This document shows positions 1 to 8,908 of a stretch of 23,468 nt of DNA, one piece after another. How positions within the stretch are numbered: position 1 is the first letter of the stretch; every line of letters starts with the position of its first letter. The stretch lies in IMG/VR virus record IMGVR_UViG_2606217174_000011. One strand, given 5' to 3'. The notes beneath the pieces are model-generated. The model did not search any database. It was not told the DNA's origin and saw only the letters and a program-made list of their open reading frames with translations. Source of the stretch: a virus (Duplodnaviria > Heunggongvirae > Uroviricota > Caudoviricetes). Made by a program: the position numbers and the translations under genes.

Positions 1-660
1 GTGGAAGTTATTGGCACTCGCGGCGCAATGACCATACGCGTTACTACGCCGAGCACGTCCAGCGGTGGCGGAATTACTAACGCTCAATTCACTTATATTA
101 ATCATGGTGATGCTTACGCTCCTGGCTGGCGACGAGACTACAACACGAAAAACCAGCAGCCTGCATTTGCTTTAGGGCAAACAGGACGCAGGGTCGCAAA
201 TGATAAAGCTGTTGGCTGGAACTGGAATAGCGGTGTTTATGATGCAGATATCAGTGGTGCATCGACATTAATCCTCCACTTCAATATGAATGCGGGGAGT
301 TGCCCTGCTGTACAGTTCCGCGTGAATTACAGGAACGGCGGTATTTTTTATCGTTCAGCGCGTGATGGTTATGGCTTTGAAGCTAACTGGTCAGAGTTTT
401 ACACCACAACACGCAAACCCTCTGCGGGGGATGTTGGTGCATATACGCAGGCAGAATGTAACTCAAGGTTTATTACAGGTATTCGCCTTGGCGGTCTGTC
501 ATCTGTTCAGACATGGAAAGGCCCCGGCTGGTCTGACAGGTCAGGTTATGTCGTTACGGGTTCAGTTAACGGAAACCGTGATGAATTAATTGATACAACT
601 CAGGCAAGGCCAATTCAGTATTGCATTAATGGGACGTGGTATAACGCGGGGAGTATTTAA
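1..660 (+). CDS. Alternative side tail fibre C-terminal (receptor-binding) segment, 5' end cut by the window edge; not fused to an stf constant part in this orientation
   Basis: ORF is open to position 1 (219 codons, no upstream stop). Its C-terminus RPIQYCINGTWYN parallels the end of the minus-strand stf (RPIQKYINGTWYN). It is followed 2 nt later by a tfa-family gene, the same stf-tfa coupling seen on the other strand. Confidence 0.65.
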   Translation: MEVIGTRGAMTIRVTTPSTSSGGGITNAQFTYINHGDAYAPGWRRDYNTKNQQPAFALGQTGRRVANDKAVGWNWNSGVYDADISGASTLILHFNMNAGSCPAVQFRVNYRNGGIFYRSARDGYGFEANWSEFYTTTRKPSAGDVGAYTQAECNSRFITGIRLGGLSSVQTWKGPGWSDRSGYVVTGSVNGNRDELIDTTQARPIQYCINGTWYNAGSI

Positions 661-662
661 CG

Positions 663-1196
663 ATGATGCACTTAAAAAACATTACTGCTGGCAACCCTAA
701 AACAAAAGAGCAATACCAGCTAACAAAGCAATTTAACATCAAATGGCTTTATTCAGATGATGGAAAAAACTGGTATGAGGAACAAAAGAATTTCCAGCCA
801 GACACTTTGAAAATGGTCTATGACCATAACGGCGTTATTATTTGTATTGAAAAGGATGTTTCAGCAATTAATCCAGAGGGTGCAAGCGTCGTTGAATTAC
901 CTGATATTACAGCAAATCGCCGGGCTGATATTTCGGGGAAATGGATGTTCAAAGATGGCGTAGTGATAAAGCGAACTTATACCGAGGAAGAGCAGAGGCA
1001 ACAAGCGGAAAATGAAAAGCAAAGCCTGTTGCAACTTGTCAGGGATAAAACCCAGCTATGGGACTCACAGCTACGGCTGGGCATCATTTCCGACGAGAAT
1101 AAACAAAAATTAACCGAGTGGATGCTCTATGCGCAGAAAGTCGAATCTACAGACACTTCCGGCCTGCCAGTAACGTTTCCCGAACAACCAGAATGA
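663..1196 (+). CDS. tfa: Tail fibre assembly protein (Tfa family), second inverted copy
   Basis: 177 aa; the N-terminus [25 protein letters not shown]...[14 protein letters not shown] closely parallels the minus-strand Tfa at 1225..1752; ATG 2 nt after the stf' stop. Confidence 0.85.
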   Translation: MMHLKNITAGNPKTKEQYQLTKQFNIKWLYSDDGKNWYEEQKNFQPDTLKMVYDHNGVIICIEKDVSAINPEGASVVELPDITANRRADISGKWMFKDGVVIKRTYTEEEQRQQAENEKQSLLQLVRDKTQLWDSQLRLGIISDENKQKLTEWMLYAQKVESTDTSGLPVTFPEQPE

Positions 1197-1224
1197 GAGA
1201 AGGCCCGCTATCGGGCCTTAATTT
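1197..1224. terminator. Hairpin between the two convergent tfa genes, putative bidirectional terminator
   Basis: AGGCCCG-ctat-CGGGCCT stem-loop at about 1201..1217, followed by TAATTTTT on the plus strand; it sits in the 28-bp gap between two convergent stop codons. Confidence 0.45.
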
Positions 1225-1752
1225 TTACTCTGGTTTTTGTGGCCATTCAGGATTTGCCGTATCCACACGGCTGGCCAGAACACTGTAGCGTTCCCATGCT
1301 TCCAGTCGTGTGCGTTCCTCGTCTGTTGCCATATTCAGCCTGACAGCGCGTTCCAGCGGTTGGATGACTGATTCAGCTTCGGAAAGCAATGCGGCCTTTT
1401 GTGATTCGGCCTGTTGTTGTTGCTCGTCTGCCGTATAAATCCGTTTAACCACAGCTCCGTCCCTAAACATCCACTTACCGGAATCATCAGCGCAGCGGTT
1501 GGCTGTAATATCTGGAACCTCAACGACGCTATAACCTTCAGGGTTAAGCGTGGAGGCATCTTTGGTGATGGCGACAATAATATTATTTGCATCGTAAACA
1601 ATCTTTATTGTGTCTGGCTGAAAGTTTTTCACTTCCTCATACCAGTTTTTTCCGTCTTCGGACCATAACCAGATAACATCAAAATTCTTTGTTAGCTGAT
1701 ATTGTTCTTTTGTTTTTGGATTTCCAGACTTAATATTTTTTAAATGCTGCAT
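1225..1752 (-). CDS. tfa: Tail fibre assembly protein (Tfa)
   Basis: 175 aa, [24 protein letters not shown]...; ATG lies 3 nt downstream of the stf stop (TAAtttATG), typical stf-tfa coupling. Confidence 0.85.
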   Translation of the reverse strand: MQHLKNIKSGNPKTKEQYQLTKNFDVIWLWSEDGKNWYEEVKNFQPDTIKIVYDANNIIVAITKDASTLNPEGYSVVEVPDITANRCADDSGKWMFRDGAVVKRIYTADEQQQQAESQKAALLSEAESVIQPLERAVRLNMATDEERTRLEAWERYSVLASRVDTANPEWPQKPE

Positions 1753-1755
1753 AAA

Positions 1756-4635
1756 TTACACCTGTACGACGTTATACCATGTGCCATTGATGTATTTTTG
1801 TATTGGTCTGAATACTGCCGGATCATCGCCATCAACTGCACCGATAATGCCAAGCCCCGTAATTGCATGACCTGATTTCTCATACATCACGCCTTTTTGC
1901 ATAGTCTGAACAACACGTGTACCAAGTCGGACATCTCTCACATAACGTGAGTCAAAATTACCATAATTGCCGGGAATAACTTGCGCACCGCAAAGCCAGT
2001 TGCCATTGTTGTCCATGTATGCCTGACCATCGGTGCCATTGGCTGTCCTTGAGTTATTAATCATGTAGATGCCAAATTGCTTATTCCCCAGTCCACCAAT
2101 CATAAATTTGCGATCAGCGTGGTCCTGACGAAGTAATGCCTGCGCACCATCGGTGGATACCGCATTGCGTCCCAAAATAACATTCTGGTCACGCATATGA
2201 ATCCACATGCCGGTACTACTGTTAATTGCAAAACGGTTTGCAAATATATCCCCTGTAACATCAAGACCATGCCCCATGCTTATCCGACCAGTTCTGAGAT
2301 TAAGCGTAAAGGGGCGTAGTGGCCCTATACCACCATTTTCTCCCTCATTCTCTCGTGTAGGGATGATATGCAGGCATTCTTCAGAACGACGAAAAATAGC
2401 ACCAAAAGATGAATTAAATATCCTCAGTGCATTGACTGTCGATATTTTTACTTCACTGCTGAAAAGGGCTTTAACAAGGACAGACAAAGCATCCCATTTA
2501 AGAGTCATCAGGTCTTTTGTTGTGGTGCTCTGGCGGCTTCTCCATTTGAAATATTCATTGCCGTTGTCGCCTGTTTCAAACCACATGTATGAATCAGTGT
2601 CGCTGTCGGCATTATTTTTAAAACCAATCTTTGCCCAGTCAGTATTTCTAATCCAGGCAAGGATTGAGTCGTTTTCAAAAGTAAGCCCACCGGACAAGGT
2701 ATCGCCATTCTTTTGCACGGCGTTCCTGGCCCTGTTTACCGTTTCCTGTAAACCGAGGTATTCGATAACGGCAGCAACGGTCGATTTCGCAAGAATATCC
2801 CGCCCGACTTTTGTCAGGGTTGCCAGGCTGGCGACATCATTCCCCGTAAAATACGGAAACCTGTCTGCCGCAGTAGCAAGCCCGGCCAGCGCCGTCAGGG
2901 TGGCATCTTTCGGTTGCTTACCCGCAAGCGCGTTAGTCATGGTGGTCGCAAAATTCGGGTCGTTGCCCAGCGCCGCCGCTAACTCGTTCAGCGTATTCAG
3001 TGCGTCAGGCGACGAGTCTACAAGGGCGGCAATCGCGGCCATCACATAAGCCGTACTTGCGATCTGAGTATTATTAGTACCTTTTGGCGCAGTTGGCGTT
3101 GTTGGCGTTCCGGTCAGTGCAGGACTATTTAAGGGCGCTTTCTTGTTCGTTTCATCCATTACCGCCTTAACCGCTTTTGGTGTCGCAGCCAGCGTTTCAG
3201 ACGGGCTGTTAGTGGCGCTACTGAGCTGAACCACACCTTTTTTCGTCGTACTCGCATCTTCCAGAGATACGGCATCAGCAATATCCTCTGCCCGTTTTGC
3301 CGCTGTTTCGGCACGCGTTGCCGCGGATTCAGCAGCAACTTTGCTCTGAGATGCAGCCGTCGCACTGCCTGCCGCCTCTGATGCTTTCGTTGTTGCTGTC
3401 GTGGCACTACCTTTCGCTGCTGACGCTTGTCTGGTCGCCTCATCTTTTGAAGCAGACGCAGATGATGTCGATGACGCCGCTGAACCAGCGGACGATGCGG
3501 CTGCCGCCTTAGAGGAAGCAGCATTGTCTGCTGAAGTCTTTGCATTTGTTTCAGAGGTTTTTGCTGCAGAAGCAGACCTCGCTGCTGCAGTGGCTTGCTC
3601 AGTGGCTTCGCCAGCCTTCGTTGTGGCTGTTGAAGCGGATGATGCGGCGCTTTCTGCCGATTTTCCGGCAGCGGTGGCACTGGCTGAGGCCTGCCCGGCA
3701 CTTGTTGACGCAGCACTGGCAGACGACGCAGCCGCTGTTTTTGAACCTGCCGCAGCTGAGGCGCTCTGTCCCGCTGCTGTTTCAGAAGACTTAGCGTTCG
3801 TCTCGGACGTTTTTGCCGCCTTCGCGGAATTTCCTGCCGCTGTTGCCGAGGAAGCTGCGCTACTGGCGCTCGAGGATGCGTTCGTTTCTGATGATTTTGC
3901 CGCCTCTTTTGAAGCCGCCGCATCCCGGGCTGAGGTGGCAGCTTCTGACGCTTTCGTAGTCGCGGTGGATGCAGAAGTGGCTGCTGATTGTTGTGACGCT
4001 GCAGCATTCGTTTCTGACGTTTTCGCGGCACTGGCACTGGTAGCTGCCGCGCTTTTTGAGGACTCTGCAGCGGCAGCACTTTTTGATGCTTCAGTGGCCT
4101 TTGTTGATGCCGTTCCTGCGCTGGAAGTCGCTGACTGAGCCGACGACGCGGCCTGTCCGGCTGACGTGCTGGCTGCGCGTGCTGAGCCTGCAGCATCAGT
4201 CGCATGGGTTGCCGCCTCACGGGCTGATGTGCTGGCATCACTGGCTGACTTCTTTGCGGCTGCCGTGTTCTGTGCCACCACGGACGCGTTACGCGCCACC
4301 TCTTCCACCATCAGCTCAAAACGGCGCAGTGCCTCCGGACGGGCATCATCCTCCGTCATGGCACCGAGAAAATCATTCAGCGTACCGGGTCGGGAATCTT
4401 CATACACTGTGATGGTCCCGGCATGTGACGGCGGGAATCCTTCCACCAACAGAATAACGCTGTACTGACCGTACTCAACGTCCATACTGTAACGCCCGGC
4501 TTCATCCGGATTTTCTGAGGCCAGCGTGTTCACCACCACCGTGGTACTGTTACGTTTTGCTTTCAGCTGGATTGTGCAGTTCTGTACCGGTTTTCCTGTG
4601 CCGTCTTTCAGTACACCTGAAATCTTTACTGCCAT
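1756..4635 (-). CDS. stf: Side tail fibre protein (Stf), full length, about 959 aa
   Basis: Track ORF 1756..4641; the likely true start is the ATG giving MAVKISGVLKDGTGKPVQN..., which matches the recalled lambda Stf N-terminus. Long Ala/Ser/Thr-rich repetitive central region and a C-terminal domain ending ...INGTWYNVVQV. Confidence 0.85.
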   Translation of the reverse strand: MAVKISGVLKDGTGKPVQNCTIQLKAKRNSTTVVVNTLASENPDEAGRYSMDVEYGQYSVILLVEGFPPSHAGTITVYEDSRPGTLNDFLGAMTEDDARPEALRRFELMVEEVARNASVVAQNTAAAKKSASDASTSAREAATHATDAAGSARAASTSAGQAASSAQSATSSAGTASTKATEASKSAAAAESSKSAAATSASAAKTSETNAAASQQSAATSASTATTKASEAATSARDAAASKEAAKSSETNASSSASSAASSATAAGNSAKAAKTSETNAKSSETAAGQSASAAAGSKTAAASSASAASTSAGQASASATAAGKSAESAASSASTATTKAGEATEQATAAARSASAAKTSETNAKTSADNAASSKAAAASSAGSAASSTSSASASKDEATRQASAAKGSATTATTKASEAAGSATAASQSKVAAESAATRAETAAKRAEDIADAVSLEDASTTKKGVVQLSSATNSPSETLAATPKAVKAVMDETNKKAPLNSPALTGTPTTPTAPKGTNNTQIASTAYVMAAIAALVDSSPDALNTLNELAAALGNDPNFATTMTNALAGKQPKDATLTALAGLATAADRFPYFTGNDVASLATLTKVGRDILAKSTVAAVIEYLGLQETVNRARNAVQKNGDTLSGGLTFENDSILAWIRNTDWAKIGFKNNADSDTDSYMWFETGDNGNEYFKWRSRQSTTTKDLMTLKWDALSVLVKALFSSEVKISTVNALRIFNSSFGAIFRRSEECLHIIPTRENEGENGGIGPLRPFTLNLRTGRISMGHGLDVTGDIFANRFAINSSTGMWIHMRDQNVILGRNAVSTDGAQALLRQDHADRKFMIGGLGNKQFGIYMINNSRTANGTDGQAYMDNNGNWLCGAQVIPGNYGNFDSRYVRDVRLGTRVVQTMQKGVMYEKSGHAITGLGIIGAVDGDDPAVFRPIQKYINGTWYNVVQV
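2743..2768. other. Gin/Pin/Hin-family (DNA invertase) crossover site inside stf, gix/pix-like
   Basis: Plus strand reads TTCCTGTAAACCGAGGTATTCGATAA, about 23 of 26 matches to the Mu gix sequence as recalled (TTCCTGTAAACCGAGGTTTTGGATAA). Imperfect dyad around a central GA, and it encodes ...IEYLGLQE... at the stf constant/variable boundary. Confidence 0.6.
3150..4250. repeat. Low-complexity Ala/Ser/Thr-rich repetitive coding region within stf
   Basis: Protein shows reiterated motifs such as KTSETNA, SSASSAASS and TATTKASEA; the DNA is GC-rich and repetitive, producing long spurious ORFs in other frames on both strands. Confidence 0.6.
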
Positions 4636-4642
4636 ATTCACC

Positions 4643-4673
4643 CCACAAAAAAGCCCGCCTGAACCGGCGGGCT
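4643..4673 (-). terminator. Rho-independent terminator downstream of lom
   Basis: Minus strand reads AGCCCGCC-ggttca-GGCGGGCT followed by TTTTTTGTGG, between the lom stop (4700) and the stf start. Confidence 0.6.
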
Positions 4674-4699
4674 GTCATAACACTGTGTTACCTGGCTAA

Positions 4700-5299
4700 T
4701 CAGAATTTATAACCAACACCCACGATGAACCCGTCAGTGCGCCAGTCACCACTGCCGGAGCCTTCATAAGCGACATCAATGGCCACGGATTCGGTCGGGT
4801 TAAACTGCACGCCAGCCCCCCACGCCAGAGACGTGTTGCTGTGGCGACCGTCATCACTTCCGGTCAGCACATCGTGCGTTTTCCCCTTGTTGTCAGTTAC
4901 GCGGAGATAATCCCCGGAGAAAGTCGACACACGGCTGTAAGCCACGCCTGCCATCGCATACGCGCTGAACCATTCATTCACGCGTACAGACGGCCCCGCC
5001 ATCACGCTGAACCAGCGGTTACGCACGGAATCTTCATGCCAGCGGGTATCGCTGTAATGGGTCAGCTGGCGATTCTTGTCTCCTGCATAGCTGAACGACG
5101 TCACCATCCCCAGTGTGTCCGTAAACTCATAACGGTATTTCACGTTAATCCCGTTCAGATCATCACTGCCGGGAACGTTCGTCCGGGCATGAAGATACCC
5201 CGCGCTCAGCGTGGACTGATGTTCAGACGCCCATGCAGGCGCACCGGATACGGCCAGACAAATGGCTGCGGACAAAATGGCGGCATAAAGTTTACGCAT
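4700..5299 (-). CDS. lom: Lom outer-membrane protein (Ail/Lom/OmpX family), a lysogenic-conversion moron
   Basis: 199 aa with an N-terminal signal peptide (MRKLYAAILSAAICLAVSGAPAWA), beta-barrel-like alternating pattern and C-terminal ...GVGYKF; located between J and stf as in lambda. Confidence 0.9.
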   Translation of the reverse strand: MRKLYAAILSAAICLAVSGAPAWASEHQSTLSAGYLHARTNVPGSDDLNGINVKYRYEFTDTLGMVTSFSYAGDKNRQLTHYSDTRWHEDSVRNRWFSVMAGPSVRVNEWFSAYAMAGVAYSRVSTFSGDYLRVTDNKGKTHDVLTGSDDGRHSNTSLAWGAGVQFNPTESVAIDVAYEGSGSGDWRTDGFIVGVGYKF

Positions 5300-5323
5300 A
5301 ATTACCTCTCGCTTTTCTGCAAT

Positions 5324-5347
5324 AAAAAAGGCGTCATTTCTGACGCC
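5324..5347 (-). terminator. Rho-independent terminator downstream of J and upstream of lom
   Basis: Minus strand reads GGCGTCA-gaaa-TGACGCC followed by TTTTTTATT, then GAGAGG (SD) and the lom ATG. Confidence 0.6.
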
Positions 5348-5365
5348 CGTTATGGGTTATAAAAT

Positions 5366-8300
5366 TCAGCTGATACTGATACCTGCTGTGGATTTCTTCA
5401 TCACCACAACCAGCAGATCGCTGATACTGGTTGTTGGTGTCCAGTTATTCGCTCCTGATGAAGATACGGTGAATGTCAGTGTCAGCGTCCCCTGTCCGGC
5501 AGGCATATCTATAACTGAGGAAAATACGCCCTGAGCATCCGTCGTGGACTGATTAAAAATCTCCTGACCATTGCGGGTCACTCTTAACCGGCAGGTTGAA
5601 TACCAGTATGACTGTTGGTTATTACTGTTGAAATTCTCATGCTTACCACCGCGGAATAACACTGGCGGTATCATGACCTGCCGGTCAAATTTCTGATCAT
5701 CACTGATTCTTACCGTGATGGTGCCACTGGCATAACTGTTCGTGCGGGGGAAAGACTTGCTGACCGTTTTGACAATATCGCCTTCAATCTGATTGGCTGA
5801 CAGTTTCCCCTTAATCTGACAGTTTTCATTAATCGTGACATTGTTGAGCGTCCCTGAATTTGCATTCACATTACCGCTGATATCCGCATTTTTAGCGGTC
5901 AGCTTTCCGTCTGGTGTCAGGGAAAATGCCGGCGGATTTCCACCGCTGGTAATGGTGGGAGCCGTCAGGCGTTTCAGGAACACGTCGTTCATGAATATCT
6001 GATCGCCCTGACCAACAAACATCGGTTTTGTGTTGCCATTCGCAGGATTAACCATCGCAATCCTGTCCGCCGCCAGCAGCACCTGACTCTGCATGCCGTC
6101 AGGGGTATTCTCAATACCGGCACCAATACCCGCGATATAAAGGCGTCCGTCCTGCATCTGCTGCAGCTTCACAGCCCACATGCTGTTCAGGTTATTATTT
6201 GTATCAACCTGAACCTTCTGTATCTGCTGAATTGCAGCACTCTGGTCTTCCAGTTTCTTATTGACGGTCTGCGTGATTTCATTGCTGACATCCGTAATGG
6301 ACGTCCTGATTTCAGCCAGGTCAGGCGCAAGCTGACCGTTATCAATCTGCGTCCACAGCTCCTGAGCCAGATGGGTTTTCCCTATCTCGCCTTTGAAAAA
6401 ATCCAGATAACCGGATGCATCATCACTCGGCTGACCAACAGCCTCCACGAATGCCGATTTGCCAACGGTGTTCACACTGCGGATATAAAAGTAATAATCA
6501 TGGCCCGGTTTGATATTGATACTGGCGGCTATCCAGTACAGCGCCGTGCCAAGATAGCGTGCTGTGGTTTCAACCTGCCTGATATCCGCAATCCGCTTTT
6601 CCGAGAACCAGAACTCAAACTGTACCGTCGGATCATAAACCGCAAGATGCGGCGTGGCGGTTATCTGAAAATAGCCCGGCGTCAGCTCAATCCGCGACGG
6701 CGCTGCCGGTGCGGCAATCCGGAACGATACCGACGCCGGATCGCCCTGCTGCCCCCACGCATTTACTGCCCGGACTGTCAGCCTGTAGTTCCCCAGCGCC
6801 AGTTGTGTGAAGCGGTAAGTGGTTTCCGTCGTCCGGGCCGTGCTGACCAGCCGCTCACTGCCGTCATCCGCTGTTACGGTCAGACGGAGCAGGAAGCTCA
6901 CGCCCTTCACCACCTTCGGTGTGTCCCATCGCGCCAGCACCTGATATTCCCCGCTGTCTGCAGTGACTTCGGCGGTCAGGTGCTGCACTGCTGGCGGCGT
7001 GACACCATTCACCGTGCCGCTCTGGTCACCGTCAAAGTGCGCCCCGTTATCCACGATGGCTTCTTTTTCCGGTACATGCTGCACGGCGGTGATGGCATAC
7101 GTGCCGTCGTCGTTCTCACGGATACTCACGCAGCGGAACAGGCGCTGGCGCAGCGTCGGCAGCTTCAGCCCCCACACGCTGTATTCAGCAACGCCGTCAG
7201 GAACACGGCTCACTTTCACCTTCACGCCGTCGGTGACGGACTGAACCTCCACGCTGACCGGATTGCCACTTCCGTCAACCAGGCTTATCAGCGTGGTGCC
7301 GGAAGATGGCAGCGTGATTTCACGGTCGAGCGTCAGCGTCCGGGTCTGGCTGTTTACCGCCAGCACGCGCCCGCCGGTGCGGATACCGGCATAGTCATCA
7401 TCGCAGATTTCAATGACATCGCCCGGTACATGGCGAAGCCCTTCGGCACCCACGCTGAAGTCCACGGTCTGCGTTTCCAGCAGTTCTGTTTTAATCAGCC
7501 ACAGCCCGGCGCGGTGTGCCTGCCCCCGGCTGGTACAGCCAAAAGCATCCATCTTCGTGACGTTACGACCGTAACGGGCAATGGCCTGCGTGTCCTCCAC
7601 AAGCTCTGTCGCCGTCTCCCAGCCGTTATTCGGGTCAATCCAGTTCACCTCAACGGCATTATGGCGGTCCTTCAGGGCGCTGAAGCTGTAGCGGAACGGC
7701 GCACCATCATCCGGCATCACCACATTACTGCGGTTATAGGTCCACACCTTATCCGACGGTCGGTCCTGCACGAACGTCAGCGTCTGCCCGTTCCATACCG
7801 GCATACAGCGCATCGCAGAGCAGAAATCACTGAGCACATCCCACGCCTTGCGCTGTGTGGTCAGGTACGCATTACAGGTGATGCGCGGCTCCGTGCCGCC
7901 AAAACCGTCCGGCACCGACTGATCGCAATGCTGGCCGATGACATACAGCGCCCATTTGTCCACATCCGCCGCACCAAGACGTTTCCCCATGCCGTAGCGC
8001 GGATGGGTCAGCATATCCCACAGACACCAGGCCATGTTGTTGCTGTATGCTGGCTTAAACGTTCCGTCCCAGATACCGCTGTATTGCCGCGTCTGCGGGT
8101 TATAGTTCGACGGCACCTGCAGAATGCGCCCGCGAAGATGATAATTACGGCTCACCTGCTGGCTGCCGAACTGCTCCGAATCCACCTGCACGCCGACCAG
8201 TGCCGTGTTCGGGTAGCACTGTTTCACATCGATGATTTCGGTGTATGACGACCAGAGCGTTTTGTTCTGCAGCTGGTCTGTGGTGCTGTCCGGCGTCATT

Positions 8301-8848
8301 CTGCGCATCCGGATATTAAACGGGCGCGGCGGCAGGTTATCCACCACCACCGAGGCCAGATACTGCGAGGTGGTTTTGCCCTTAATGGTGATGTCTTTTT
8401 CCGTCACCCAGCCACCGTTACGTTGTATCTGAACCAGCAGGCGAACTTCCGACGGATTCCGGTCCCCCTTTGAGGTGGTTTCCACCAGTGCCTGCACACC
8501 GAAGGTAAAGCGCAGACGGTCGATGTTTGCCGACGTGATGGTCCGGGTAATCGGCGTGTCGTACTTCACTTCCGTACCCAGCACCGTCTCGGAGCCGGAG
8601 GATTCAAATCCCTCCGGCGGTGTCTGCTCCTGCTCACCGGCCCGGAACACCACCGTGACGCCGGATATATTGGTATTCCCCTCACTGTCCAGCACCGGCG
8701 TACTGTTCAGCAGCACGCTTTTTAATCCATCCACCGGACCTTCAACCGGCCCTTCGCTGATGGCATCGATCACACTCAGCAGCTGCGTGGACTTCAGGTT
8801 GTCCTTCGCTTCGCGCGGGGTATGCCCCTTACTGCTGCCTTTACCCAT
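5366..8848 (-). CDS. J: Tail tip / host specificity protein J (central tail fibre)
   Basis: 1160 aa; N-terminus [24 protein letters not shown]... and synteny (I upstream, lom downstream) match lambda J. The last ~170 aa appear different from lambda J as recalled. Confidence 0.9.
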   Translation of the reverse strand: MGKGSSKGHTPREAKDNLKSTQLLSVIDAISEGPVEGPVDGLKSVLLNSTPVLDSEGNTNISGVTVVFRAGEQEQTPPEGFESSGSETVLGTEVKYDTPITRTITSANIDRLRFTFGVQALVETTSKGDRNPSEVRLLVQIQRNGGWVTEKDITIKGKTTSQYLASVVVDNLPPRPFNIRMRRMTPDSTTDQLQNKTLWSSYTEIIDVKQCYPNTALVGVQVDSEQFGSQQVSRNYHLRGRILQVPSNYNPQTRQYSGIWDGTFKPAYSNNMAWCLWDMLTHPRYGMGKRLGAADVDKWALYVIGQHCDQSVPDGFGGTEPRITCNAYLTTQRKAWDVLSDFCSAMRCMPVWNGQTLTFVQDRPSDKVWTYNRSNVVMPDDGAPFRYSFSALKDRHNAVEVNWIDPNNGWETATELVEDTQAIARYGRNVTKMDAFGCTSRGQAHRAGLWLIKTELLETQTVDFSVGAEGLRHVPGDVIEICDDDYAGIRTGGRVLAVNSQTRTLTLDREITLPSSGTTLISLVDGSGNPVSVEVQSVTDGVKVKVSRVPDGVAEYSVWGLKLPTLRQRLFRCVSIRENDDGTYAITAVQHVPEKEAIVDNGAHFDGDQSGTVNGVTPPAVQHLTAEVTADSGEYQVLARWDTPKVVKGVSFLLRLTVTADDGSERLVSTARTTETTYRFTQLALGNYRLTVRAVNAWGQQGDPASVSFRIAAPAAPSRIELTPGYFQITATPHLAVYDPTVQFEFWFSEKRIADIRQVETTARYLGTALYWIAASINIKPGHDYYFYIRSVNTVGKSAFVEAVGQPSDDASGYLDFFKGEIGKTHLAQELWTQIDNGQLAPDLAEIRTSITDVSNEITQTVNKKLEDQSAAIQQIQKVQVDTNNNLNSMWAVKLQQMQDGRLYIAGIGAGIENTPDGMQSQVLLAADRIAMVNPANGNTKPMFVGQGDQIFMNDVFLKRLTAPTITSGGNPPAFSLTPDGKLTAKNADISGNVNANSGTLNNVTINENCQIKGKLSANQIEGDIVKTVSKSFPRTNSYASGTITVRISDDQKFDRQVMIPPVLFRGGKHENFNSNNQQSYWYSTCRLRVTRNGQEIFNQSTTDAQGVFSSVIDMPAGQGTLTLTFTVSSSGANNWTPTTSISDLLVVVMKKSTAGISIS

Positions 8849-8908
8849 TCGTCATGCTCCATAAACGATAAAACCGCCCGGAGGCGGTTTCACATAAAAC
8901 ATTTTGCA

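Noticed and set aside
1-660. Looked for the inverted partner of the 26-bp crossover site within the stf' fragment
   Set aside because: No copy of the CCTCGGTTTACAGG core was seen by eye in 1..660; the partner is therefore expected outside the window and is not annotated.
2207-3049. 280-aa plus-strand ORF
   Set aside because: Antisense to stf; no independent support.
3159-4241. 360-aa minus-strand ORF (Arg/Gln/Pro-rich) and 245-aa plus-strand ORF at 3401..4138 (Ala/Asp-rich)
   Set aside because: Both are alternative frames of the repetitive stf shaft region; low-complexity products; the stf frame is the one with lambda-like N-terminus and continuous 961-codon length.
4841-5362. 173-aa plus-strand ORF
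   Set aside because: Antisense to lom, which has a clear signal peptide and an outer-membrane beta-barrel signature.
5300-5365. Possible sigma70 promoter for lom (TTGCAG ... TAATTA)
   Set aside because: Spacing between the candidate -35 and -10 is only about 12 bp and the region overlaps the terminator; too weak to call.
6371-8248. 625-aa ORF on the plus strand
   Set aside because: Lies entirely antisense to J; Arg/Pro/Gly-rich composition typical of a stop-free reverse frame of a GC-rich gene; no matching neighbours or start context.
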